From IMG/VR virus record IMGVR_UViG_2778261694_000005, positions 1-16,171 of that record: DNA of 16,171 nt. One strand, 5' to 3'. Below, piece after piece: positions 6,046 to 13,785 of the stretch (position 1 is its first letter; each line of letters opens with the position of its first letter). The notes under the pieces were generated by a model that was not told the origin of the DNA, made no database searches, and saw only the letters and a program-made list of their open reading frames with translations. Source of the DNA: a virus. Its lineage: Duplodnaviria; Heunggongvirae; Uroviricota; Caudoviricetes. Both the position numbers and the translations under genes were made by a program.

Positions 6046-6750
6046 TCACGAACTTTTCAGCCACTCCCTTGCCTCGATGTCATCCAGATGGCGTGACTGC
6101 TTCAGAATACCAGCCACATACTCCACCTTTGCTACTTGATGATAAGGCAACGTTATTGGTCTGTGGTCCTGGTTGATGCTTGTAAACTGGTATTCTCCGT
6201 CTCTGTCATAGCCAAGAACTTTGATCATGTTGTGTCCTTCAACGGTTCTGACAAACACCTCATCACCCGGGAATACTTTGGTGTTAGGCTCAATGAGTAC
6301 ATATTCTCCTGATTTTATTCTAGGCCACATGCTGTCTCCTTTCACACGAAGGCCAAAGGCATCTGGATCATCGCTATAAATTTTGAGCCACCCATCGCGC
6401 TCTTCGGTCATCTCGATGGCACCATCAACACCAAGAATTGCCTCACCAACCACGCGCACTAACCCTTTTCTTACCTGACCGACAAAAGTTAAAGAATCTG
6501 AGCATGATGCAATTGGTGTTACATCATGTACCAAATCAAGCCACCCATTAGGTAACCCAAGTGCGGCTTCAAATTTTCTTGCTAGTTTATCCCCTATGTT
6601 TCGAGTGCTTTTTTCACCGGAGACTTGCGTGAGTTGAGAAGGGCTAACCCCAAGCTTATCGGCAAAGCTTGCATTAGTGTTACCCGCGATTTTTTTATGC
6701 TCATCTAGCAAAAACGCCAGATTCGATTTGCGAATATCTTTGTTTTCCAT
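6046..6750 (-). CDS. cI: CI-type prophage repressor (234 aa), HTH plus S24 LexA-like peptidase domain
   Basis: N-terminal HTH (FADKLGVSPSQLTQV) and C-terminal S24 autoprotease motif (VKGDSMWP with a downstream Lys). Divergent from the cro-like gene across an operator-containing spacer. Confidence 0.85.
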   Translation of the reverse strand: MENKDIRKSNLAFLLDEHKKIAGNTNASFADKLGVSPSQLTQVSGEKSTRNIGDKLARKFEAALGLPNGWLDLVHDVTPIASCSDSLTFVGQVRKGLVRVVGEAILGVDGAIEMTEERDGWLKIYSDDPDAFGLRVKGDSMWPRIKSGEYVLIEPNTKVFPGDEVFVRTVEGHNMIKVLGYDRDGEYQFTSINQDHRPITLPYHQVAKVEYVAGILKQSRHLDDIEAREWLKSS

Positions 6751-6863
6751 CTCACAATTTTCCCTCTATTTAGCAAATGGATAAATACGCAATATGATAA
6801 ATTTACATTGCGGCTGGTTTATCAAAATGGTAAAGTTATTCTGTATGATAAACGGAGGCACTA
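6751..6863. promoter_or_regulatory. OR / PRM-PR divergent promoter-operator region
   Basis: 113-bp spacer between divergent cI and cro carrying several copies of the TGATAAA motif (6794-6800, 6846-6852, GGATAAAT at 6778-6785, inverted TTTATCA at 6818-6824). Candidate -10 TATGAT at 6844-6849 upstream of cro. Confidence 0.5.
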
Positions 6864-7097
6864 ATGAGTAATGAACTACTACGCTGGCGAAAAGAGGCTT
6901 CTAGTGAGGAATGGAAGCGACTCGCCGCATTAGCGAAAACTTCAGTTGGCTATCTTGACCAGATTGCATATGGATTTCGAAGAGCTTCCCCTGATAAAGC
7001 GAATGCAATCGAAGAAGCTACTCGTAATTTCACGGCCTATAAACCCGTGAAAAAGGAAAACCTGGTGTTCGTATCGCGTAGAGCATCAGCAGCATAA
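6864..7097 (+). CDS. cro: Cro-like HTH repressor (77 aa)
   Basis: Small HTH protein with a GGAGG RBS, divergent from cI and first gene of the rightward operon. Confidence 0.75.
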   Translation: MSNELLRWRKEASSEEWKRLAALAKTSVGYLDQIAYGFRRASPDKANAIEEATRNFTAYKPVKKENLVFVSRRASAA

Positions 7098-7104
7098 GTA
7101 ACAC

Positions 7105-7150
7105 CGCTCTTTTCACAATGGACATTCGTCCTACGTCGCTGACAAAGCGA
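7105..7150 (+). promoter_or_regulatory. nutR (boxA CGCTCTTTT plus boxB UCGCUGACAAAGCGA)
   Basis: boxA-like CGCTCTTTT at 7105-7113 and a boxB hairpin TCGCT-GACAA-AGCGA at 7136-7150 between cro and cII. The loop is identical to that of the nutL boxB. Confidence 0.55.
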
Positions 7151-7235
7151 GCCCCAAGATATCTGACCAACTAAGGTCATATGCGTTTCCACGCATACCT
7201 TTCAACTAACTATTCACTATTGGAAATATTAAGAA

Positions 7236-7535
7236 ATGACACAAGCAAGTTACAGCAAGCCAACACAGCGAGAAATTGATCGCGCTGAAACTGATTTACT
7301 CATCAACCTGTCAACGCTTACCCAGCGCGGTCTGGCAAAGATGATTGGCTGTCATGAATCGAAGATAAGCAGAACGGACTGGAGATTTATTGCTTCGGTC
7401 TTGTGTGCTTTCGGAATGGCATCAGACATCAGTCCGATTAGCAGGGCTTTTAAGTATGCGCTTGATGGACTCACCAATAAAAAACGCCCGGTGTGCAAGA
7501 CCGAGCGTTCTGAACAAATCCAGATGGAGTTCTGA
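7236..7535 (+). CDS. cII: CII transcriptional activator (99 aa)
   Basis: The C-terminus (LTNKKRPVCKTERSEQIQMEF) matches the lambda CII C-terminus (ILTNKKRPAATERSEQIQMEF, from memory); positioned after cro/nutR. Confidence 0.85.
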   Translation: MTQASYSKPTQREIDRAETDLLINLSTLTQRGLAKMIGCHESKISRTDWRFIASVLCAFGMASDISPISRAFKYALDGLTNKKRPVCKTERSEQIQMEF

Positions 7536-7567
7536 GGTCATTACTGGATCTATCAACAGGAGTAATT

Positions 7568-7729
7568 ATGACAAAACGTCGTAAGAAATACCAGGAAAAA
7601 GAAGAGATTCGACACCCTGATTCACCTGAGGGATTAGTGGTAGCCGCAGCAAATAACAGGGCGTTCGCAGAGCGCCTTGTTGGTGTTTACAGACTAGCCA
7701 AAGCAGGAGTGAAACATGGGCGTCGTTAA
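7568..7729 (+). CDS. Small basic ORF (53 aa) between cII and the replication initiator
   Basis: AGGAG RBS 6-10 nt upstream of the ATG at 7568; basic N-terminus (MTKRRKKYQEKEE). Sub-threshold ORF; function unknown. Confidence 0.35.
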   Translation: MTKRRKKYQEKEEIRHPDSPEGLVVAAANNRAFAERLVGVYRLAKAGVKHGRR

Positions 7730-7778
7730 GTTAGCTGATTACAGGCATAACCCTGTACAACATCAGGAGGCATCCAGT

Positions 7779-8606
7779 ATGGGGTATGTCTCTATACACC
7801 GCCAGTTTATGGACAGCAGGCTCTATAAGGACTCTCAGGCAGTACATCTTTGGCTTCACTTAATCCTCAAGGCTAATCACGAATCTACTGTCGTCAATAC
7901 GGATATCGGTCCGATAACTGTTGATCGCGGTCAGATGATAACTGGACGCCCGTCGCTGGTCAGAGAAACATTCATCCCCGACAACAAAGTTCGGAGCTTA
8001 TTACGGACTTTTGAGTCGAAAGGGATGCTTAATATTTGCTCGATGGGGAAGAAATTTAGCCTGTTTACAATCGTTAAATATGACGATTTTCAGGCAAAAA
8101 ATTGTCCAACGGTTGTCCAACGGTTGTCCAACGCAAACACCAGTAATGGCGCGGCTCTCAGCGGAGATTGTCCAACGGTTGTCCAACGGTTGTCCATAAA
8201 CAATAATATAAATAATATCTCTAATACTGACGTATTAGAGAGTGCCACAGCAGACAAAAAGTCTGACAAGAAAAAACCTTCCGTTAGCTGTCAGGATGTT
8301 GTCGATGCTTACCACGAAATCCTTCCTGAAGCGCCAAGAATCCGCGCACTGAATGACAAGCGTAAAAACCAGATCCGAACGTTCTGGCGCAAAGCCGGAG
8401 TGATAACCCGCCAGCTTGACGGGCATGGGTTCACGATGCAGGACTGGAGAAATTATTTGAGCTACGTAGGCGAAAATTGCCGATGGATGTTCGAAGAACG
8501 CCCAAACCATCAACGCGGAACCGTCTGGCACAAAAAGGGATTTGATTTCCTGCTTAACGACAATACCTACCTGAAAGTTCGTGAGGGTGAACACGATGAC
8601 CGATAA
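7779..8606 (+). CDS. Replication initiation protein, O-like / replisome organizer (275 aa from the RBS-supported start; track ORF starts at 7716)
   Basis: The ATG at 7779 has an AGGAGG RBS 8 nt upstream. The gene contains the iteron array and AT-rich stretch internally, as lambda O contains ori, and directly precedes the DnaB-type helicase. Confidence 0.7.
   Translation: MGYVSIHRQFMDSRLYKDSQAVHLWLHLILKANHESTVVNTDIGPITVDRGQMITGRPSLVRETFIPDNKVRSLLRTFESKGMLNICSMGKKFSLFTIVKYDDFQAKNCPTVVQRLSNANTSNGAALSGDCPTVVQRLSINNNINNISNTDVLESATADKKSDKKKPSVSCQDVVDAYHEILPEAPRIRALNDKRKNQIRTFWRKAGVITRQLDGHGFTMQDWRNYLSYVGENCRWMFEERPNHQRGTVWHKKGFDFLLNDNTYLKVREGEHDDR
8102..8196. repeat. Origin iterons: two clusters of 3 tandem 11-bp repeats TTGTCCAACGG, followed by an AT-rich stretch
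   Basis: Direct repeats at 8102-8134 and 8168-8196 (last copy of each cluster degenerate) inside the O-like gene, followed by an AT-rich segment 8197-8240 (candidate unwinding element). Confidence 0.8.
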
Positions 8607-10032
8607 TTTTTATGCGCCGCCCCATAGCATCGAGGCAGAGCAGGCGGTGATTGGTGGATTGCTTCTGGATGATGACAGCAGTGAGCGCGTCCAGAAAGTT
8701 CTGGCGATGCTGAAGCCCGATTCATTTTACAGCCGACCACACAAAATCCTTTTCGAAGAAATAACCAGAATGCACTGGGAGCAAAAGCCAGTAGATGGCC
8801 TGACGCTTTTCGATGAACTGGAGCGTAAATCGTTAACGGTGTCTGTTGGCGGTTTTGCTTATATCGCTGAGATCGCAAAGAACACGCCAAGCGCAGCAAA
8901 CATCGTTGCCTATGCAATGCAGGTTCGTGAAACCGCAATGGAACGCTACGCCATCAACCGCATGACTGAAGCGACGGAATTGCTCTATTCCCGCAACGGA
9001 ATGACTGCGACGCAGAAGTACGAAGCTATTCAGTCGATTTTCACGCAACTGACAGACCATGCAAAAACCGGATCGCGTCGCGGCCTTCGTTCATTTGGTG
9101 AGGTCATGGAAGACTGGGTTAGCGACCTTGAGAAGAGATTTGACCCATCAGGAGAACAACGGGGAATGAGCACAGGGATCCCATCGTTGGACAGGATGCT
9201 GTCACCGAAAGGTCTGGTGAAAGGCTCTCTGTTTGTCATTGGCGCTCGCCCTAAGATGGGGAAAACGACGCTATACAGCCAGATGGCAATCAATTGCGCA
9301 GTGCATGAGAAAAAGCCCGCATTGATGTTCAGCCTTGAAATGCCAGGTGATCAGATACTGGAAAAACTGGTAGGGCAGAAGTCTGGTGTTAACCCGAATA
9401 TTTTTTACCTTCCGGCGACAAATGACGCCGATGACGGCTATCAGGGTGATTACGATGGTGACTTCAACAGGGCGATAGAAACAGCCAATCGCTTGAGTGA
9501 AATAGACCTGCTTTACATCGACGACACGCCGGGATTATCTCTGGCTCAAATCGTCAGCGAAAGCCGTCGAATCAAGCGAGAAAAAGGATGTGTTGGCATG
9601 ATTCTGGTCGATTACCTGACACTAATGACCGCTGAGAAGGCCGATCGCAACGACCTTGCTTACGGCATGATCACCAAAGGACTGAAGAACCTTGCCAAAG
9701 AGCTTGATTGCGTTGTTGTGCTTCTGACGCAGCTTAACCGCGCACTGGAAAGCAGAACCAATAAACGCCCATTACCAAGTGACTCACGAGATACAGGGCA
9801 GATTGAACAGGATTGCGATTATTGGGTCGGGATCCATCGTGAAGGCGCTTTTGATGACAGTGTTCCACCTGGTGAAACTGAACTAATCCTTCGTCTCAAT
9901 CGTCATGGCAATACCGGCACGGTGTATTGCATTCAGGCAAATGGCGCTATTTATGACACAGACCAACAGTCTGCTGAAATGCGCCGACGTGAACGCGAGG
10001 AACCGCAGTCCAAGAAGAAAGGAGGATTCTGA
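8596..10032 (+). CDS. Replicative DNA helicase, DnaB family (478 aa from the ATG at 8596)
   Basis: Walker A motif GARPKMGKTT and DnaB-like N- and C-terminal architecture; position equivalent to P22 gene 12. The track start at 8581 lacks an RBS, whereas the ATG at 8596 follows GAGGGTG. Confidence 0.85.
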   Translation: MTDNFYAPPHSIEAEQAVIGGLLLDDDSSERVQKVLAMLKPDSFYSRPHKILFEEITRMHWEQKPVDGLTLFDELERKSLTVSVGGFAYIAEIAKNTPSAANIVAYAMQVRETAMERYAINRMTEATELLYSRNGMTATQKYEAIQSIFTQLTDHAKTGSRRGLRSFGEVMEDWVSDLEKRFDPSGEQRGMSTGIPSLDRMLSPKGLVKGSLFVIGARPKMGKTTLYSQMAINCAVHEKKPALMFSLEMPGDQILEKLVGQKSGVNPNIFYLPATNDADDGYQGDYDGDFNRAIETANRLSEIDLLYIDDTPGLSLAQIVSESRRIKREKGCVGMILVDYLTLMTAEKADRNDLAYGMITKGLKNLAKELDCVVVLLTQLNRALESRTNKRPLPSDSRDTGQIEQDCDYWVGIHREGAFDDSVPPGETELILRLNRHGNTGTVYCIQANGAIYDTDQQSAEMRRREREEPQSKKKGGF

Positions 10033-10060
10033 TGACCATCTACATCACTGAGCTAATAAC

Positions 10061-10092
10061 AGGCCTGCTGGTAATCGCAGGCCTTTTTATTT
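10061..10092 (+). terminator. Intrinsic terminator (tR2-like) after the replication genes
   Basis: AGGCCTGC-TGGTAATC-GCAGGCCT hairpin (8-bp stem) followed by TTTTTATTT. Confidence 0.6.
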
Positions 10093-10108
10093 GGGGGAGA
10101 GGGAAGTC

Positions 10109-10549
10109 ATGAAAAAACTAACCTTTGAAATTCGATCTCCAGCACATCAGCAAAACGCTATTCACGCAGTACAGCAAATTCTTCCAGACCCAACCAAACC
10201 AATCGTAGTAACCATTCAGGAACGCAACCGCAGCTTAGACCAAAACCGAAAGCTTTGGGCTTGCCTTGGTGACGTCTCTCGTCAGGTTGAATGGCATGGT
10301 CGCTGGCTGGATGCAGAAAGCTGGAAGTGTGTGTTTACCGCAGCATTAAAGCAGCAGGACGTTGTTCCTAACCTTGCCGGGAATGGCTTTGTGGTAATAG
10401 GCCAGTCAACCAGCAGGATGCGTGTAAGCGAATTTGCGGAGCTATTAGAGCTTATACAGGCATTCGGTACAGAGCGTGGCGTTAAGTGGTCAGACGAAGC
10501 GCGACTGGCTCTGGAGTGGAAAGCGAGATGGGGAGATCGGGCAGCATGA
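10109..10549 (+). CDS. ninB: NinB (Orf) recombination mediator (146 aa)
   Basis: Protein starting [55 protein letters not shown], essentially identical to lambda NinB as recalled. The track start at 10091 is an upstream TTG extension; the ATG at 10109 has a GGGAGAGGGAAG RBS. Confidence 0.9.
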   Translation: MKKLTFEIRSPAHQQNAIHAVQQILPDPTKPIVVTIQERNRSLDQNRKLWACLGDVSRQVEWHGRWLDAESWKCVFTAALKQQDVVPNLAGNGFVVIGQSTSRMRVSEFAELLELIQAFGTERGVKWSDEARLALEWKARWGDRAA

Positions 10550-10719
10550 TGCGATGTTATCGGTGCGGTGAATGCAAAGAAGATAACCGCTTCCGACCAA
10601 ATCAACCTTACTGGAATCGATGGTGTCTCCGATGTGAAAGAACACCAACAGGGGTGTTACCACTACCGCAGGAAAAGGAGGACGTGTGGCGAGACAGCGA
10701 CGAAGTATCACCGACATAA
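10546..10719 (+). CDS. ninD: NinD (57 aa), small Cys-rich protein
   Basis: Starts at the ATGATG overlapping the ninB stop (ATGA). Sequence [16 protein letters not shown]... with C-x2-C...C-x2-C, as in lambda NinD. Confidence 0.8.
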   Translation: MMRCYRCGECKEDNRFRPNQPYWNRWCLRCERTPTGVLPLPQEKEDVWRDSDEVSPT

Positions 10720-10868
10720 TCTGCGAAAACTGCAAATACCTTCCAACGAAACGCTCCAGAAATAAACGCAAGCCAATCCCAAAAGAATCTGACGTAAAAA
10801 CCTTCAACTACACGGCTCACCTGTGGGATATCCGGTGGCTAAGACATCGTGCGAGGAATACAAGGTGA
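10686..10868 (+). CDS. ninE: NinE (60 aa)
   Basis: GTG start; product [59 protein letters not shown], near-identical to lambda NinE from memory. Confidence 0.85.
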   Translation: MARQRRSITDIICENCKYLPTKRSRNKRKPIPKESDVKTFNYTAHLWDIRWLRHRARNTR

Positions 10869-11035
10869 TTGACCCAAATCGAAGTTACGAACAAGAAAGC
10901 GTCGAGCTGGCTTTAACGTGCGCTAATTGCGGTCAGAAGCTGCATGTGCTGTAAGTTCACGTGTGTGAGCACTGCTGCGCAGAACTGATGAGCGATCCGA
11001 ATAGCTCGATGCACGAGGAAGAAGACGATGGCTAA
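10865..11035 (+). pseudogene. ninF: ninF interrupted by an in-frame TAA (29-codon N-terminal ORF 10865-10954; remaining frame continues to 11035)
   Basis: GTG start overlapping the ninE stop. Translation [29 protein letters not shown]-stop, then the same frame reads [26 protein letters not shown] and ends in the ATGgcTAA overlap with ninG. Lambda NinF as recalled has Glu where the TAA occurs here. Confidence 0.5.
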
Positions 11036-11639
11036 ACCAGCGCGAAGACGATGTAAAAACGATGAATGTCGGGAATGGTTTCACCCTGCATTCGCCAATC
11101 AGTGGTGGTGCTCTCCAGAGTGTGGAACCAAGATAGCACTCGAACGACGAAGCAAAGAACGCGAAAAAGCGGAAAAGGCAGCAGAGAAGAAACGACGACG
11201 AGAGGAGCAGAAACAGAAAGATAAACTTAAGATTCGAAAACTCGCCTTAAAGCCCCGCAGTTACTGGATTAAACAAGCCCAACAAGCCGTAAACGCCTTC
11301 ATCAGAGAAAGAGACCGCGACTTACCATGTATCTCGTGCGGAACGCTCACGTCTGCTCAGTGGGATGCCGGACATTACCGGACAACTGCTGCGGCACCTC
11401 AACTCCGATTTGATGAACGCAATATTCACAAGCAATGCGTGGTGTGCAACCAGCACAAAAGCGGAAATCTCGTTCCGTATCGCGTCGAACTGATTAGCCG
11501 CATCGGGCAGGAAGCAGTAGACGAAATCGAATCAAACCATAACCGCCATCGCTGGACTATCGAAGAGTGCAAGGCGATTAAGGCAGAGTACCAACGGAAA
11601 CTCAAAGACCTGCGAAATAGCAGAAGTGAGGCCGCATGA
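11028..11639 (+). CDS. ninG: NinG (Rap) recombination endonuclease (203 aa)
   Basis: Cys-rich N-terminus ([24 protein letters not shown]) and overall sequence as lambda NinG; overlaps ninF and ninH with typical 4-nt overlaps. Confidence 0.9.
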   Translation: MAKPARRRCKNDECREWFHPAFANQWWCSPECGTKIALERRSKEREKAEKAAEKKRRREEQKQKDKLKIRKLALKPRSYWIKQAQQAVNAFIRERDRDLPCISCGTLTSAQWDAGHYRTTAAAPQLRFDERNIHKQCVVCNQHKSGNLVPYRVELISRIGQEAVDEIESNHNRHRWTIEECKAIKAEYQRKLKDLRNSRSEAA

Positions 11640-11842
11640 CGTTCTCAGTAAAAACCATTCCAGACATGCTCGTTGAAGCATACGGAAACCAGACAGAAGT
11701 AGCACGCAGACTGAAATGTAGTCGCGGTACGGTCAGAAAATACGTTGATGATAAAGACGGGAAAATGCACGCCATCGTCAACGACGTTCTCATGGTTCAT
11801 CGCGGATGGAGTGAAAGAGATGCGCTATTACGAAAAAATTGA
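11636..11842 (+). CDS. ninH: NinH (68 aa)
   Basis: [37 protein letters not shown]... (Fis-like HTH), as lambda NinH. Confidence 0.85.
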   Translation: MTFSVKTIPDMLVEAYGNQTEVARRLKCSRGTVRKYVDDKDGKMHAIVNDVLMVHRGWSERDALLRKN

Positions 11843-12491
11843 TGGCAGCAAATACCGAAATATTTTGGTAGTTGGCGATCTGCACGGATGCTACACGAAC
11901 CTGATGAAAAAACTGGAGACGATAGGATTCGACACCAAAAAAGACCTGCTTATCTCAGTGGGCGATTTGGTTGATCGCGGTACAGAGAACGTCGAATGCC
12001 TGGAATTAATCACATTCCCCTGGTTCAGAGCTGTACGTGGAAACCATGAGCAAATGATGATTGATGGCTTATCAGAGCGTGGAAACGTTAATCACTGGCT
12101 GCTTAATGGCGGTGGCTGGTTCTTTAATCTCGATTACGACAAAGAAATTCTGGCTAAAGCTCTTGCCCATAAAGCAGATGAACTTCCGTTAATCATCGAA
12201 CTGGTGAGCAAAGATAAAAAATATGTCATCTGCCACGCCGATTATCCTTGTGACGAATACGAATTTGGAAAGCCAGTTGATCATCAGCAGGTAATCTGGA
12301 ACCGCGAACGAATCAGCAACTCACAAAACGGGATCGTGAAAGAAATTAAAGGCGCGGACACGTTCATCTTTGGTCATACGCCAGCAGTGAAACCACTCAA
12401 ATTTGCCAACCAGATGTATATCGATACCGGCGCAGTGTTCTGCGGAAATCTCACATTGATTCAGGTACAGGGAGAAGGCGCGTGGGCATAA
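11820..12491 (+). CDS. ninI: Ser/Thr protein phosphatase, lambda PPase / NinI-like (223 aa from the ATG at 11820)
   Basis: Metallophosphatase motifs GDLHGC, GDLVDRG and GNHE. Matches the lambda phosphatase starting [15 protein letters not shown]; the track start at 11745 is an upstream extension overlapping ninH. Confidence 0.9.
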   Translation: MRYYEKIDGSKYRNILVVGDLHGCYTNLMKKLETIGFDTKKDLLISVGDLVDRGTENVECLELITFPWFRAVRGNHEQMMIDGLSERGNVNHWLLNGGGWFFNLDYDKEILAKALAHKADELPLIIELVSKDKKYVICHADYPCDEYEFGKPVDHQQVIWNRERISNSQNGIVKEIKGADTFIFGHTPAVKPLKFANQMYIDTGAVFCGNLTLIQVQGEGAWA

Positions 12492-13000
12492 GAGAACTAA
12501 ACCTCACCAAAGAACAGCATGAGTGGCTGAATGGCTGGCTTGAACTGTGGGGCGCATGGGTTTATTCAGGTCGTCTGGAAAAGCGCATGAGCAGCGTAAT
12601 AGCGAAGTTCATGGAGAGCGTAGAGCCGGGAAGAGTTATGACAAGGCCAATGTGCAATGATGATGATGGAATGTTGATTTCTCAGGTCGTCGATTCCGTC
12701 ATGTACATTGACAAGAAAGCCTTTGGCATCCTCCTCAGCTACTACGCTCATGGTTCATCTAAGCGAGCAATTGCATCCTACTATCACGCGACTGCAAAGC
12801 CACGCAAGATGTGTGGACGTGGTGGCGAGGGATGTAGAAAACCTTCACTGGCAACCTGTAGAAACGAAATTGACGACATCCTGAAAGCGTCGTTATTTGT
12901 TTTGTACCAGCCAATGCAAAATGCTTTCAAAATGCGTAAACGTGTTGAGAAAGTTAAGCATGTTGCTGTTAAAAGCCTTGACATGCAATTATCCATTTAG
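12482..13000 (+). CDS. Q: Late-gene antiterminator Q-like protein (172 aa)
   Basis: GTG start with a GGAGAAGG RBS, overlapping the ninI stop. Occupies the Q position immediately upstream of the PR'-like promoter and short terminated leader, and contains a Cys cluster ([10 protein letters not shown]...C). Not lambda Q by sequence; assignment is positional. Confidence 0.6.
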   Translation: MGIRELNLTKEQHEWLNGWLELWGAWVYSGRLEKRMSSVIAKFMESVEPGRVMTRPMCNDDDGMLISQVVDSVMYIDKKAFGILLSYYAHGSSKRAIASYYHATAKPRKMCGRGGEGCRKPSLATCRNEIDDILKASLFVLYQPMQNAFKMRKRVEKVKHVAVKSLDMQLSI

Positions 13001-13007
13001 CCATAAT
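12978..13007 (+). promoter_or_regulatory. Candidate late promoter PR' (TTGACA - 18 bp - CATAAT)
   Basis: Perfect -35 TTGACA at 12978-12983 and -10 CATAAT at 13002-13007, straddling the Q stop codon as PR' does in lambdoid phages. Confidence 0.5.
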
Positions 13008-13017
13008 TAGAAGGTAA

Positions 13018-13059
13018 GCTGCCGTTAGTGACTCTTAAGTTGCAACGGTGGCTTTTTTT
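13018..13059 (+). terminator. Candidate tR' intrinsic terminator just downstream of PR'
   Basis: 9-bp stem (GCTGCCGTT / AACGGTGGC, two G-U pairs) with a 17-nt loop, followed by T7 (13053-13059). Would yield a short terminated leader unless modified by Q. Confidence 0.5.
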
Positions 13060-13063
13060 ATTT

Positions 13064-13138
13064 GGGTCAGTCGTATAAAGGTCATTACGGAAGGCTGTTA
13101 ACCTTCTTATCGTGGTTCGAGCCCACGCTGTCCCGCCA
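13064..13138 (+). tRNA. tRNA-Asn(GUU)-like gene, 75 nt, with one acceptor-stem mismatch
   Basis: Manual fold: acceptor GGGTCAG/CTGTCCC (T4:T69 mismatch), U8, A14, G18G19, anticodon stem GAAGG/CCTTC with loop CTGTTAA (anticodon GTT), T-arm CGTGG-TTCGAGC-CCACG, discriminator G, encoded CCA. Confidence 0.55.
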
Positions 13139-13143
13139 AACAT

Positions 13144-13219
13144 GCTGGTTTAGCTCCAATGGTAGAGCAGTCGCCTTGTAAGCGAATGGGTAGCGGTTCA
13201 AGTCCGTTAACCAGCACCA
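13144..13219 (+). tRNA. tRNA-Thr(UGU) gene, 76 nt
   Basis: Manual fold: acceptor GCTGGTT/AACCAGC, D-arm GCTC-CAATGGTA-GAGC, anticodon loop CTTGTAA (anticodon TGT), T-arm AGCGG-TTCAAGT-CCGTT, discriminator A, encoded CCA. Confidence 0.75.
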
Positions 13220-13300
13220 TAACTGAGCCGTAGCCACTGGCTATCCTGAATTCATCAGTGATAGTTACGCTGCGGCCTTCTACACATGATCTTCGTGAAA

Positions 13301-13342
13301 GCGGGTGGCAGGAGGTCGCGCTAACAACCTCCTGCCGTTTTG
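13301..13342 (+). terminator. GC-rich hairpin / weak terminator downstream of the tRNAs
   Basis: 10-bp stem GGCAGGAGGT / ACCTCCTGCC (13307-13336) with a 10-nt loop, followed by GTTTTG; flanking GCGGG/CCCGTGC could extend the structure. Confidence 0.4.
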
Positions 13343-13461
13343 CCCGTGCATATCGGTCACGAACAAATCTGATTACTAAACACAGTAGCCTGGATTTGTT
13401 CTATCAGTAATCGACCTTATTACTAATTAAATAGAGCAAATCCCCTTATTGGGGGTAAGAC

Positions 13462-13785
13462 ATGAAGATGCCAGAAAAACATGACCTGTTAGCCGCCATT
13501 CTCGCGGCAAAGGAACAAGGCATCGGGGCAATCCTTGCGTTTGCAATGGCGTACCTTCGCGGCAGATATAATGGCGGTGCGTTTACAAAAACAGTAATCG
13601 ACGCAACGATGTGCGCCATTATCGCCTGGTTCATTCGTGACCTTCTCGACTTCGCCGGACTAAGTAGCAATCTCGCTTATATAACGAGCGTGTTCATCGG
13701 CTACATCGGTACTGACACGATTTGTTCGCTTATCAAACGCTTCGCTGCTAAAAAAGCCGGAGTAGAAGATGGTGGAAATCAATAA
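13462..13785 (+). CDS. S: Holin S, class I, lambda-type dual start (107 aa)
   Basis: [45 protein letters not shown]... is near-identical to lambda S, including the Met1/Met3 dual-start (antiholin/holin) arrangement. Confidence 0.95.
   Translation: MKMPEKHDLLAAILAAKEQGIGAILAFAMAYLRGRYNGGAFTKTVIDATMCAIIAWFIRDLLDFAGLSSNLAYITSVFIGYIGTDTICSLIKRFAAKKAGVEDGGNQ

Noticed and set aside
5952-6176. Plus-strand 74-aa ORF overlapping the 3' end of cI
   Set aside because: Antisense to cI, starts in the AT-rich spacer without an RBS; chance ORF.
7390-7584. 64-aa ORF overlapping cII in another frame
   Set aside because: Lies within the well-supported cII gene with no RBS; frame artefact.
8001-8199. ORFs 8001-8186 (-) and 8011-8199 (+) with repeated QRLSNGCP / DNRWTI peptides
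   Set aside because: These are translation artefacts of the tandem iterons inside the O-like gene, not independent genes.
8235-9293. Minus-strand ORFs 8235-8594, 8567-8938, 8833-9060 and 9030-9293
   Set aside because: Antisense to the O-like and DnaB-helicase genes, with Arg/Cys/Ser-rich artefactual translations and no RBS.
10032-10112. 26-codon hydrophobic ORF (MTIYITELITGLLVIAGLFIWGREGS) between the helicase and ninB
   Set aside because: It coincides exactly with a strong intrinsic terminator hairpin plus T-tract; the terminator reading is more parsimonious, though a tiny membrane peptide cannot be excluded.
10282-10820. ORFs 10282-10605 (-), 10490-10807 (-), 10568-10765 (+) and 10608-10820 (-)
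   Set aside because: They overlap the lambda-like ninB/ninD/ninE genes in other frames or antisense; no RBS.
11602-12996. Minus-strand ORFs 11602-11793, 12566-12751 and 12784-12996
   Set aside because: Antisense to ninH/ninI/Q, which are well supported; frame artefacts.
13446-13670. Minus-strand 74-aa ORF opposite the holin gene
   Set aside because: Antisense to the lambda-identical S gene.
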